Assembly (NCBI GenBank): GCA_013239625.1
Contig: MU054187.1
Location: 23,064,795-23,128,794, forward strand
DNA length: 64,000 bases
Direction: 5' to 3'
From: Lama guanicoe
Lineage: Eukaryota
Shown here: positions 25,695 to 38,292 of the stretch, one piece after another
Layout of the letters: each line of letters opens with the position of its first letter
How positions within the stretch are numbered: the stretch's first letter is position 1
Notes under the pieces: model-generated
What the model was told of the DNA's origin: nothing
Seen by the model: the letters and a program-made list of their open reading frames with translations, nothing else
Databases searched by the model: none
Program-made: the position numbers and the translations under genes

Positions 25695-28600
25695 TATTTT
25701 TTTTAATTGAGGTGAAAATCACATAACATAAAATTAACTATCGTAAAGAGAACAATTCAGTGGCATTTAGTACATTCACAATTTTATGCAACCATCACAT
25801 TTATCAAGCTCTAAATTGTTTTCAGTACCCCAAAGAAAATCCCATGTCCACTAAGCAGTTGTTCCCCACTCTCCCCTCTTGGCTGTCCTCTAGTGATCAC
25901 TCATTTGCTGTGACCTGTCTCTAGGAGTCAACCTCTTCTGCATGTTTCCTATAAATGGAATCGTACAGCATCTAACCGCTCTCACTCAGCATAGTGTTTT
26001 TGAGGTTTGTCCAGGCTGTAGTTTGTATTCCAGTCCTTTTTAGGCTGAATTGCCTGCATGTGTATCTCACAACATGTTTGTCCATTCCTCTGATCTTTCT
26101 TCCCGTTTTATTGCGGTATAATTGACATACAGCACTGTATAAATTTAAGGTGAACGGAACAATGATTTGACTTACATATTTCATGAAATGATTGCAATAC
26201 ATTTAGTAAACATCATCTCATTATAGATATAAAATTAAACAAATAGAAACATGTATTTTTTCTTGTGATAAGAACTCAGGATTTACTCTCTTAACTTTCA
26301 TATATAACGTATAGCAGTGTTAATTATATTTAACACATTGTACATTATATCCCTAGTACTTATTTTTCTTATAACTGGAAATTTTTATTACATTCATCCA
26401 ATCTCCCTCTTACCGCCCTTTACCTCTGGTAAACAGAAATTTGATCACTTTTCCTATGAGTTTGTTTGTGTGTTTGAATGATTGTTTTTGAAATAAAACT
26501 GACCTACAACACTATGTTAGCCCTTGGTATGCAACACAGTGATGCTGTATTTCCCCAAATAAGCCTAGCTCCCATCTGTCGTCATATAAACACATGACAT
26601 GATTATTGACTTTTTTCCCCACATTGTACATTTCATACCAGTGATTCAATTACTTTGTAAATGGAAGTTTGTACCTCTTAACCTCCCTCACATATTTCTC
26701 TACTCCACCCACCCATCTCCTCTCTGGCAGCTACCTGTTTGTACCTATAACTGTTTCTGTTTAATTATGTTTGTCTCTTTGTATTGTTTCCACATATAAG
26801 TGAAATCATACAGTATTTGTCTTCCTCTGTCTGACTTATTTCACTTAGCATAATACCCTCCAGGTCCATCCATGTTGTCACAAATGGCAAAATTTCATTA
26901 ATTTTTTATGGCTGAGTAATATTCCATTGTGTGTGTACACATGTGTCTGTTGGCCATCTGTAGGTCTTCTTTGGAAAAACATCTATGCAGCTCCTCTGCC
27001 TATTTTACAATCAGGTAGTTTGTTTGATTTTGAGTTTTATGAATTCTTATATATTTTGGACATTAACTATTAACCCCTCATTAGATTTCTCACTTGCAAA
27101 TATATTCTCTCATTCAGTAGGAAGCCTTTTCCTTTTGTTGATAGTTCCTTTCACTGTCAAAAGTTTTTTAGTATGATGTGATCCCATTTGTCTATTTTTG
27201 ATTTTGTTTTCCTTGCCTGAGTAAATATAACCAAAAATATTGCTAAGAACAATGTCCAAAAGCATGCTGCTTATGTTTTTTTTCTAGAAATTTAATGATT
27301 CCGGGTCTCACATTTAAGTCTATAATCCATTTTGAGTTTATTTTTGTATATGGTGATACAAAGTCATTCAATTTTTCAGGTAGCTCTCCTGTTTTCCGAA
27401 CACCATTTGTTGAAGAGGCAGTCTTTTCCCCATTGTATATTCTTGTCTTCTTTGTCATAGATTAATTGCTCATATAATTGTCAGCTCATTTCTGGGCTTT
27501 ATGTTCTGTTCCATTGACCTAGGTGTCTGTTTTTGTGCCAGCACCACATTTTTGATAACTGTGGCTTTTTAACATAGTTTGAAACTAGGGGGAGTGATAC
27601 CTCCAGGTTTGTTCTTTCTTAAGATTGTTTTTTGGCTATTTGTGCTCTTTTGTGTTTCCATACAAATTTTAGAATTATTTATTTTTACTCCCACTAGCAG
27701 TGCAGGAAGGTTCCCTTTTCTCTACTTAAAGCCAACACTTATTATTGTTTTTTTTTTATAATAACCAGTCTAAAAGTTTTGAGGTGAAGCTCGTTGTCAT
27801 TTTGATTTGCACTTTTCTGTTGATGAGTGATGTTGAGCAGCTTTTCCTTTTTATGTGGCTGTTGGCCATTTGTATGTCTTCTTTGGAAAAATGTCTACTC
27901 AATTTGTTTGCCCATTTTCAAATCAGTTTGTTTGTTTATTTGCTATTGAGTTGTTCTTTACATATTGGGATATTAACCCCCTACCAGGTATATGTTTTGC
28001 AAAGAAACAAAAGACATCTAAATTGAAAAGGAAGAAGTAAAACTGTCTATTTGAATATGACATGTTATGTATAGAAAACCCTAAAGACTCCACCAAAAAA
28101 TGAATACAAGCAATAAACAAATTCAGTAAATTTGCAGGATACAAAATCAATATACAATGCAGTTGCATTATTGTACACTAATGATGAACTATCAGAAAGA
28201 GAAATTAAGAAAGCAATACCATTTATAAATGCATCAAAAGGAGAAAATACTTAGAGATCAATTTAACCTAGGAGGTGAAGATTCTGTACACTGCAAACAA
28301 AAAGACATTGATGAAAGAAACTGAAGAAGACAAATAAATGAAAAAAATATTCCTTCCCATGGATTGGAAGAATTAATATTGTTAAAATGTCCCTACCACC
28401 CAAAGCAATCTACAGATTCAATTCACTCTCTGTCAAAATTCCAATGACATTTTTCCCCAGAAATAGAACAATCCTAAAATTTGTATGGAACCACAAAAGG
28501 CACAAAACAACCAAAACAATCTTGAAAAAGAAGAAAGCTGTAGACTTCACATTTTCTGATTTCAAACTGTATTACAAAGTAATAATAGTCAAAACAGTAT

Positions 28601-29068
28601 GTTATTGGCTTAAACATTAGCATCTAAAGCAATGGGACAGACCAGAAAGCCCACATATAAGCCCATGGTTATAGCCAATTAATTTACAGCAAAGGAACCA
28701 GGACTATACAGTGGGGGAAGGACTGTCTCTCTTACTAAGTGTACTGGGAAAACTAGACAGCCACATGCATACAATAAACAAACAAATTGAATTACTGTCT
28801 TACACCATATGCAAAAATCAACTCAGAATAGATTAAAGGCTTGACTGTAAGACCTGAAACCATAGGACCCTTCGGAGAAAACATGAATAAGCTCCTCAGC
28901 ATTGGTCTTGGCAATGATTTTTTTGGATTTGACACTGAAAGCCAAGGCATTAAAAGTGAAAATAAAGAAAAGGGACTACATCAAACTAAAAATAACTTTA
29001 TCAGAGAAAGGAAAACAATCAAAAAAACTAAAAGGCAACCTATGCAATAGGAGAAAATACTTGCAAAT
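25695..29068 (-). mobile_element. Composite L1: older 5'-inverted L1 with a second L1 nested at about 26098-27685
   Basis: 3' UTR at 25695-26095 (-), ORF2 at 27686-28002 (-), inverted ORF2 at 28003-29068 (+). ORF track shows SLPPKAIYRFN and YTKINSKWI motifs. Confidence 0.8.
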
Positions 29069-29299
29069 CTAATAATTTTTATAATAATAAGTTTACATAG
29101 GTAAGAAAGGGATTTGCAAACATCTGGTAAAGAATATGTATACTTTTATGGACACATAAATAGAAGCATTATCTATAGGTATAACATGCACCCATTCTGT
29201 GTGTTTTATTTTTGTCCTGAGTATTATCCATTTATTGATGCATTTGCCTCATATAGTCCAAAGATTAAAAAAAAAACACAAACTAAGTTTGTAAATAAA

Positions 29300-29848
29300 C
29301 TATTCAGTTTCCTGAAGAAACAGTTTGCCATTCTAATGTTTTATTTTTTCCATCTTTGGTTACACAAACTTAATGTTATTCTTGAGAATCCAAACCCAAC
29401 AACTGCCTTTCCCACATTGTTTTTTGGTGCAAATCGTCATCATAGCTGGATTTCTTTTCTAATGCTGAGCGTCCCCATTTCTCAACTGCTGCTTTTGAGT
29501 AAAGATGTAATCCTCTGGGAACTACACATGCAGTTTCTGGAGAGAGCTGAGTCCTTCTCAGAATGATCGTCTGGTGGGTCCAATTCTGTCATCAGAATCT
29601 CACAGGCAGTTCACACTGGGATACGTATGCAAGGGTGTGGGAGTTTGCGGACGCATTTTACGCTTTGTGTTTAATTTGGCAGTCTTTGTCCTCACTGCAA
29701 TGTTTTATAACAATGACATCTTCTCTCATGATTCCCATGACTAAGTTTTTAATGGAAAAACCTCCTGGTTTTCAAAAAATTTGGGAAAAAGTGGCTGGAT
29801 AGGGAGGCTGTTACAAACTTTTTGTCCTTTTCAAACCAAGCAATAAAT
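29300..29848 (-). pseudogene. Candidate large decayed exon starting FIAWFEKDKKFVTASLSSHFFPNFLK
   Basis: Non-repeat, coding-like composition after a ctttttag acceptor; several stops; 3' boundary uncertain. Confidence 0.3.
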
Positions 29849-30129
29849 CTAAAAAGCTCCGTGTCTAATGTGAAACTGAAATGAAGAAGTGCTGAAAAGT
29901 GTTCAAATTAATTTTCCAGTGCAATGGAAAAAATGCAAATTCTGTAATATTAGCTTCTGCATTTTTTTCTTTTAGTGCCCCTAAATTTCTCTTTCTCTGT
30001 GTCTCTCTGTCTCTGTCTCTCTGTCATGAAGAAAAGGTACACTTTAACTTCACATCCACTAAGCTCAGCATTTCCAATTCCTTTCTGAGCTTTGTTGCCA
30101 GACATGCTCATGGCATAAAGAACAATTCT

Positions 30130-30492
30130 GTAAGAGAACATCAGGATCTGATACACGCTACAACATGGATGAATCTTGAAGACGGTATGCTAACTAAATA
30201 AGCTAGACACAAAAGGACAAATATTGCATGATTCCACTTACATGAGGTACCTAGTATAGTCAAATTCTATCTCATATTCATAGAAACAGAAGGTAGGACA
30301 GTGGTTACAATGGCCTGAGTGGAACGGGGAGTTATTGTTTGGTGGGTACAGATTTCAGTTTGGAAGGATGCAAAACATTTGGAGATGGATTATGGTGATG
30401 GTTACACAACAATGTAAATGCACTTAATGCCACTGATCTGTACAATTCTAAAGGGTTAAAATGGTAAATATTATGTATATTTTATCACATTA
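30130..30492 (+). mobile_element. L1MB-type 3' end
   Basis: LIHATTWMNLE motif followed by a typical L1MB 3' UTR. Confidence 0.8.
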
Positions 30493-30834
30493 AGAGAGAG
30501 AGAGAGAGAGAAGGAGGGAGAGAGAATAAAGAGATAAGACAAATGAATACATATGAATACATTTTAGACAAAATTCAAATTCCCTAATTTTGGAGATAGA
30601 TAATTTAGTTTATTTTTCCATCTTATCTGTATTTGATAATTAAAGCTTAGTGGCCTAAATTGAATAAGTAGTAACACCTTGTATTACCAAATCTAACATA
30701 ACAATAAAAAATCAGCAAAGCCTAACTTTGAGTATTTTTAATATGTAGCTCTTAAAACAAAAAGTATGTCTAACAGAGTACATTAGTAAGAATAAAAAGA
30801 ATGAAATGAAAGTTGGTAGCATCTATTTTTCCAA

Positions 30835-31256
30835 CTCCCAGCTCCACTGTTTTATAATGGAGCTTTAATGGGAAAATATTCATCATTAATCCAGAGAAGA
30901 AGATATGGAGAATGATTTCCATGTGGTTGGTGGCTGCTGAAAGAACAGAGGGGTATTGGAAGAGCTTCTTTGAAATTTTCTGAGTGAACTGAAATTTCAT
31001 ATGTTCCGCAAGAAAGAGAATTGGTGTCAGCTCCCCCACTATACCAACCAAGGTGGCGCCTTGCAGAGAGAGTAACTGCGTGGTAGACCTGGAGAGGGTG
31101 GGCCAGAGACAGTGGAATCTCACAAGTGATAGAGTCACCCAGGAATAAGGAGTGGGTGGGCTCAAAGCACAGTGTGTCATTAGTGACCACGCAGCGACAC
31201 CACATGCGCTCCCTCAAAGGCTTAAACTGCATTAGACCCATGACATTTACACTGTT
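30835..31256 (-). pseudogene. Candidate large exon-like block
   Basis: Strong acceptor cttccgttcttttcag; raised GC and two long overlapping - strand ORFs in non-repeat sequence; donor uncertain. Confidence 0.3.
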
Positions 31257-32631
31257 CTGAAAAGAACGGAAGTAATATCAAGGGTGCCTAAATTCAATTT
31301 CCTGCAAGTCCAAAAAGTGAACTTCCAGAATACATTAAATTTAACTCAGAAAAATTAAAAAATCGCTATTTTTACACTATATGGTAGAGTAAGTTTTAGG
31401 ACCATTGAATGAGTTTATTTTTTTCTGAGGAAACTGTTATTAAATTTATGCTATATTTTACCACCAGTGGATCTAACTATACTTGGAGAAACAGGTTTAT
31501 TTTATTCAGAAATGGAAGCAATACTGTTTTAAAATATCATTTTAACTTAGCTGCCTATATAAGGTCAACTATGCTTGATGCTAAAATGCAGTAACTTCTA
31601 GTAAACAGTAAATGAGCAAACATAAAGCAGCTTTATGCTTATTCCAGCAAAATATTTCTGTTGGTGTCAGCTTCTGATAAGAAAAAAATCATATTCTCCA
31701 TATTTATGTATTTCTCTGACATTCTGCCATCTTTTTGATCAACACTTTTATTCCTTTTTACTTTTCAGTCATTATTATCAGATTATAAATTTTGTGCGGG
31801 TTTTTGAACTATCTACTTGAAACAGGATAATGCTATATTTAGAGCTTTTATTTTGTAGTAACATAAAGAGAAAACTGAATTGGATTCAAATCAGGCCTTT
31901 GCCATTCTTAGCTGCATGGCTCACAGGTTACTTAACATTTCAAGCCTTAACTTAGGATTTTCAACCTGTAGAACACTGATGCTTTACACCCAAAAGTTCA
32001 GACCTCAATGAAATGACAGGACTGCATTCTATATGATATCACGTATCTTATTTTTACTGTAAATCTATATCTGAGTGTTACTTGCTATTTTCAATGTTAA
32101 TGGACAAATAATATAAATGAATCCTGACCTATTTGAGTGACCACTTTTAAGTATCTGTTTACTGCCCTGAGATTTATTTTCTCTGTCTTTAATTATTTTC
32201 TCTGTTTTAATTATCCAAGTTTTATGGAAAAAAGTTAGCAAATTTCATGCATAATTTTTTTCCTTTGTAACAACTGAATGGAAAATAACCTAATGGTAGG
32301 TCATGAAGTAGAAAAAAAGTTTGTCAGTCCTTCAAATGAAGACATGTGGCATAAGAATTAAATTAATATGCTGCACACAATAGGTAAGCATACTGAACTA
32401 AAAACAAACAGACAAAAAGTTATGTAGTAACAATAGATACCATCTTTGTTTTTTGGGGTAGGATATAATTTCAGCGTAACTATAATATCTTTCAAATTAA
32501 ATTGTTGTTAACTTGAATATTATTGATTTAGTAGCTGTTTTATGGACATCTGCTATGTTTTAATAGTTGCAAAATGTTTATGCTCAATAATAAAATTAAA
32601 TGTAAATACTTAAACAGCATATAATTATTAT

Positions 32632-32883
32632 TTTTTTTTACATTTTTTATTGATTCATAATCGTTTTACAGTGTTGTGTCAAATTCCAGCATTCAGCACA
32701 ATTTTTCAGTCATTCATGGACATATACACACTCATTGTCACATTTTTTTCTCTGTGATTTATCATAACATTTTGTGTATATTTCCCTGTGCTATACAGTG
32801 TAATCTTGTTTATCTATTCTACAATTTTGAAATCCCAGTCTATCCCTTCCCACCCTCTACCCCCCCGGTAACCACAAGTCTGT
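32632..32883 (-). mobile_element. Very young 5'-truncated L1 3' end
   Basis: Perfect 16-bp TSD AGCATATAATTATTAT (32616-32631, 32884-32899); nearly identical to the 3' UTR of the L1 at 38293-40238. Confidence 0.93.
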
Positions 32884-33386
32884 AGCATATAATTATTATA
32901 ATTAACACATCAACCCTGGGAGTCAACTAGAATTTCTTTATTTAAAAACTGCCTTAATGTCTTCAATTAAAACTAGTCAAATACTCTCCATATTTGTTGT
33001 AAGGCTTAATTGGGATATAGTAAGCAATCACTGAAAACTCATTCCCTTTACTTATTTATAAAGGCCACTTACTTTCTCTGGCTTTTATTTCTTTCTCTGT
33101 TTTCATAAACAAAGTCAATATATACAAGATCAGATGTAGGATAATAAATGTTTTAAAAATATTCATGTAATTTTCCAGAGGCTAAATTTTGCCATGGTAC
33201 CAATGACTGCCAGCCCTCAGGACTGTCAGCCACAAAGGTCCACTTCTCACCCACTTGCCCAGCATGGGTTGACTCCTGTCTGCATTATACTGGAACCCAG
33301 AGGACTGCTCTCCCTTGGAGAAAAGAGGGACAGTGGAGGAAACACCCTGCGGCTCCTGAAGTCTCTTTTTGCAAATAGCACTTTAA

Positions 33387-33526
33387 GGGGGGAGGGTGTG
33401 GCTCATGTGGCAGAGCGCATGCTCAGCATGCACATGGTGCTGGGTTCAATCCCCAGAACCAACTCTAAAAATAAACAAACAAGTAAACTTTATTACCCCA
33501 AAAAATTTTAAAGAGAAAAGAAAAGG
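33387..33526 (+). mobile_element. tRNA-derived SINE (camelid-type)
   Basis: A box 'gtggctcatgtggc', B box 'gggttcaatccc', A-rich tail, TSD AAATAGCACTT/AAATAACACTT. Confidence 0.85.
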
Positions 33527-33786
33527 AAATAACACTTCTCCAGTCTCGTTCTGTTGATCCTATATCAATTGCTACAGCATAATTTTTTGTTTGTTTGTTT
33601 GTTTTTTGTTACACTGTTACTGCTGCCATCAAGAGCAGAGAGGGAGGGACACCATAGACAGTCACCTAGATGAGGGGTTCCAGAGAGATGCATCACATAT
33701 TATAATGATAATACAGACTATTCCAGTCATCATAATAGTTTCTGATGTTGGCAAATGACAAAGATTGGATAATTAATTCCTGTTAC

Positions 33787-33815
33787 CTTCTTTTTATCAG
33801 TAACAAGATGATCAA
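33787..33815 (-). pseudogene. Candidate 29-nt exon: DHLVTDKKK
   Basis: tttttag acceptor, AAG/gtaaca donor. Confidence 0.35.
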
Positions 33816-34147
33816 CTAAAAACCATGTAGAAAGGATTTCGAGGAAAAAAAATCATGTTTTATAAATTCCAAGTTATACTCTCTCTTCATATTTTTGTTT
33901 TTAAAAGTTAAAAAAATAATTTGGTCCATTGAGAAATTATACATACAAATGTTGATAGATTTTTATTTAATAGAAAATTATGTACATATTATATTTTTAT
34001 GAAAATTCTATGATCAAAAGTTTTAAGAGAGATTTTTAATTATTTGTTGGTTTTTCTATGTGTTTTTCTATGGAATTTATGCTACTGTAAGTTTTAAAGT
34101 TTAGGAATAATAGGATTAATAGTTTTTAATAATTCTTCTTTTTCTAG

Positions 34148-34264
34148 GATGAGACAACAAAAGACTCCTTGTATTATAATGGAATTATTCCAGGCTTTGG
34201 AAAATGGGACCATTCCTGTAAAAGCATTCATAGGCATCTCAAGGATACTGTAGTCACTTATTAG
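34148..34264 (+). CDS. CNBD1: Terminal coding exon: DETTKDSLYYNGIIPGFGKWDHSCKSIHRHLKDTVVTY*
   Basis: Strong acceptor ttcttctttttctag, phase 0, TAG at 34262-34264; YYNGIIPGFGKW recalled from the CNBD1 C-terminus. Confidence 0.75.
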   Translation, partial: DETTKDSLYYNGIIPGFGKWDHSCKSIHRHLKDTVVTY

Positions 34265-34420
34265 ATCCCTTCTCATAAGAAGCTGGGGATTTCAGCAAGA
34301 ATTATAAATTCTTTTTTTGTTGTTGTCCTTCATTTTAAATCCTTGTAGTGGTCTACAAAATGACCTTACACCTCTGTACTTACTCCTGTGGTCCAGCTTC
34401 CTAACTAATTTATTCATATA

Positions 34421-34426
34421 AATAAA
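34421..34426 (+). terminator. Likely poly(A) signal of CNBD1
   Basis: First AATAAA after the stop codon, with T-rich sequence downstream. Confidence 0.55.
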
Positions 34427-34754
34427 TTCCTACAGATACCTTTATATTAGATAACTGAATCTTTTTTCAATTTTTTTCATGGTTTTAGGATCTTGTATCA
34501 TAAAAAGGTAAAAGTATTTTCCATAATAATTTTTAGAGAACCAGAAATTTAAAAATAAGATTTCTGATAACCTAAATCCCAATTGGTATCTTTAGGTATC
34601 ATGGTTTGGCTCATTGTATTAAGTTCAAAATTGAAACAAAAATAGAAATTTATTTTTCATTGCTTAAAACCTATAAAATACAATTTTATTACCATCTTAA
34701 ATCTGTTTGCAAAGCACGACCTGTTTTCTATACATTCTATAGTGTATGTAAGAT

Positions 34755-35090
34755 GGATTAGTCCATTTGGTCTGCTATAACAAAGTACTGCAAACTGGGT
34801 AACTTATAAACAGCAGAAATTTATTTCTCACAGTTCTGGGGGCTGGGAAGTCCAAGATTAAGACACTAGGATGGCTATACTCTGGTGTGGACCTCCTGCC
34901 TGGTTCTTAGTCTGCAGCTTCTCCCTGTGTCCTTAGTGATGGAAGGGGCTGGGGAGCTCTGTGGGGTTATTAGGGCACTAATCCTATTTATGAGGGCCCC
35001 ACCCTCATGACTAAAGCACCTCCCAAGGGCCACACTTTATAACACCATCACATTGGCCAGTAGGATTTCAACATATGAATTTTAAGAGGC
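34755..35090 (-). mobile_element. MLT1A-type MaLR LTR
   Basis: 'ttagtccatttggtctgctataacaaagtac...ggatttcaacatatgaatttt' matches antisense MLT1A. Confidence 0.8.
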
Positions 35091-35827
35091 CCCACATTTT
35101 AATTTTTTTCATGGGGCTCCCAAGTTATGCGGCTGGTCCTGAGTGAAATCTACACTATCATATATGCCATACTAAAGGCTTGAGTTTTAGTCTGTGAGGC
35201 TGAAAGATCATGGAATGGGTTTATGTAAGGGAATGATGCTGTAATATTTATCTTTTAGGGAAATTACACTAGTGGAGAAATAGAAGCAAGAACATGATGA
35301 AAGAACAATAGCAACAAGTCCAAATAAGATATAATTAGGGCTTGAATTAAGCAATGCTTGTGCAGTTGTAGAGACAGATTCGGAGATACTGAAGAGAAAA
35401 TAAAAATGAAAGGATTTGGGTAGTTATAGTCAGAGAAGAAGTAAGAGGAATCTATTGTTTCTACCAACTGGTTTTTCACGTATTTTAACCATTTATTTAA
35501 CAAACTGTGATGGGAAAGTCTGATTAGCTCTTGTATCCTTAAGCTTCAGTCTTTAATGATGCAAGTGTTAAATCTTATCTCTGCCTTCTAGCTGCTCACC
35601 CACGTGTGACTCAGATAAAGGTCCTCTGTACTATGGAACTGTGAAAATCAGGTCCATTCTGAGTCTTGCAGGAACTCAAACTTGTTCCAGTGGCAGATTT
35701 CAATTATTTTTGAAGAAAAAGAATTAGAGGTAGAGTTACAGTTAGAGACAGAAATACATTATTTACAAATGACATATATATGTATGTGTATATATATATA
35801 TATAAAGAGAGAGAGAGATGAATGACA

Positions 35828-35975
35828 GGAAAAGGAAGAGAGAAAGAAAGAAAAGAAAGAAAGAAAAAGAAAGAAAAAGAAAAGGAAGGAAGGAAGGAAG
35901 GAAGGAAGGAAGGAAGGAAGGAAGGAAGGAAGGAAGGAAGGAAGAAAGAAAGGAAGAAAGAAAGAAAGAAAGAAA

Positions 35976-36007
<32 letters not shown>

Positions 36008-36102
36008 GAAGGAAGGAAGGAAGGAAGGAAGGAAGGAAGAGAAACGAAGGAAGGAAGGAAAGAAGAAAGGGAGATAGTGCAAGGAAGGAAGGAAGGAGAG
36101 AA
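35828..36102. repeat. (GAAA)n/(GGAA)n compound microsatellite
   Basis: Directly visible polypurine tract. Confidence 0.97.
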
Positions 36103-36414
36103 AGATGTGTTTCTGGTTTCTGGTTTCTGTGAATTTTGTTTTCTACATTTCTTGTTAAAGTGAACAGTGGTGTCCCTCTCCTATCAAAGTCAAATGTACA
36201 AATACATTCACACATCGACCTGTTCTGTGGTCCAACCCATGTAACTAAGGCAAATTCTTCCTTTCTTTGATTATTCTCTCTTCTTCATTATCAGTATCTT
36301 CTTCCATACTAAATAATCTTCAGCACACAAACTTCCAGTGTTCTAAATGTTTCCAATTACAACCATAATAACATCCCCCAAATCCCTCACTGCCAACTGC
36401 GGTTGACTCTCTTC

Positions 36415-37490
36415 TTTTTTATATAATTTTATTTATGTATAGTCAGTTTACAATGTGGTGTCAATTTCTGGTGTATAGCACAATACTTCAGTCATACAGA
36501 GACATGTGCATATTTGTTTTCATATTCTTTTTCACCATAGGATACTATAAGATACTGAGTATAGTTCCCTGGGCTATACAGTATAAACTTATTATTTATC
36601 TATTTTATGTATATTAGTTAGTATTTGCAAATCTGGAACTCCCAATTTATTTCTTCCTACCCTCTTCTCTCTCCTGGTAACCATAAGTTTGTTTTCTGTG
36701 TCTGTGAGTCTGTTTCCATTTTGTGAACAATTTCATTTGTCTTTTATTTAATTCCAAATATAAGTGATATCATATGGTATTTTTTTCTATTTCTGGCTTA
36801 TTTCACTTAGAATGACATTCTCCAGGGCCATCCATGTTGCTGCAAACGGCATTATTTTATCATTTTTTATGGCTGAGTAGTATTCCATTGTATAAATATA
36901 CCACAACTTCTTCATCCAGTCATCTGTCAATGGACATTTAGGTTATTTCCATGTCTTGGCTATTGTAAATAATGCTGCTATGAACATTGGGGTACATGTG
37001 TCTTTTTGAACTAAAAATTTCCCCCTGGCCCAGGAGTGGGATTGCTGGGTCATATGGTAAGTCTATTCCTAGTCTTTTGAGGAATCTCCATACTGTTTTT
37101 CATAGTGGCTGCACCAAACTGCATTCCCACCAGCAGAGTAGGAGGGTTCCCTTTTCTCCACACCCTCTCCAGCTTTTGTCATTTGTGGTCTTTTGAATGA
37201 TGGCCATTCTGGCTGGTGTGAGGTGATACCTCATTGTAGTTTTGATTTTCCTTTCTCTGTTAATTAGTGATATTGAGCATTTTCTCATGTGCCTATTGGC
37301 CATTTGTATTTCTTCCTTGGAGAATTACTTGTTTAGGTCTTCTGGCCATTTTTGGATTGGGTTGTTTAGTTTTTTCTTACTAAGTTGTATGAGCTGTTTA
37401 TATATTCTGTAGATTAAGCCCTTCTCAGTCTCATCTTTTGCAAATATTTTCTCCCATTCCACAGGTTGTCTTTTTGTTTTGCTTATGGTT
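36415..37490 (-). mobile_element. 5'-truncated L1 (ORF2 C-terminus + 3' UTR)
   Basis: ORF track: [22 protein letters not shown] (ORF2p cysteine-rich domain); contains stops. Confidence 0.93.
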
Positions 37491-38292
37491 TTAACACTGT
37501 CTCTATTTCCCTGACTCATACCCTCTTTATATTATGAAATATTCAAACTCATGAATACAGATAAAAGAATGATACAGGGAACATTCATTTACTCTCTTCT
37601 AATTTAACAGGTAATAAAAGAATATAAGCCCTCTTTCCAACAGAATCACAATCAGTAGTTAATTAATAGAAAAAGTTGGCCATATTGAAGAATTGTGGAA
37701 AATCGTGTATATATAATTTATATATGTATGCATACATATTAAACATCACAATATTAAAACATGAAATGAATTCATCAGATTTTGATGTATCATATGAGTC
37801 CCATGATTAAGAAATTATAATTCTATATCATCTTTCCAGCATAAATTATAACCAAAAGCAACCTATAAACTATCAGGGTTTTTTTTTTTTAAGAAATTTT
37901 CAATAGAAACTATAAGCAGAATCCATCTATATCTTTATGATTTTCTTTTAAACTGTGTTTTCTGTAGTTTAACCTTTGGTTAATACTGTAACAATACTTT
38001 AGGGGCTCATTTTTCAACATTATGTTTATATATAATGTTAACATCTTTACTACATAAGTATATTACATAATTGCAACATGTACACTATGTATAAAAATGT
38101 TTCTAAGATATTGAAATAATCAAATGAATGTAAGGAAAGCCTTGTAGCCACATACATTTTTATTTGCTTTATTCATTAGTTAATATGTTTTTATGTAGGA
38201 ATAAAGAGCCTTCATTAATTTGTGAATTTATTAAACAGTGATTATTTAAGAAAGTCTGTCCAGTAATAATAATTTTAATATAAGTGAGAACC

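Noticed and set aside
33387..33460. Functional tRNA gene
   Set aside because: Mismatched stems, A-rich tail and TSD indicate a SINE.
34094..34276. Minus-strand ORF as part of the RGS-like relic
   Set aside because: Better explained as the antisense of the + strand terminal exon, which has the stronger acceptor, a stop codon and a poly(A) signal.
35759..36215. K/E/R-rich and F/L/S-rich ORFs (also 46274-46668)
   Set aside because: Translations of simple repeats.
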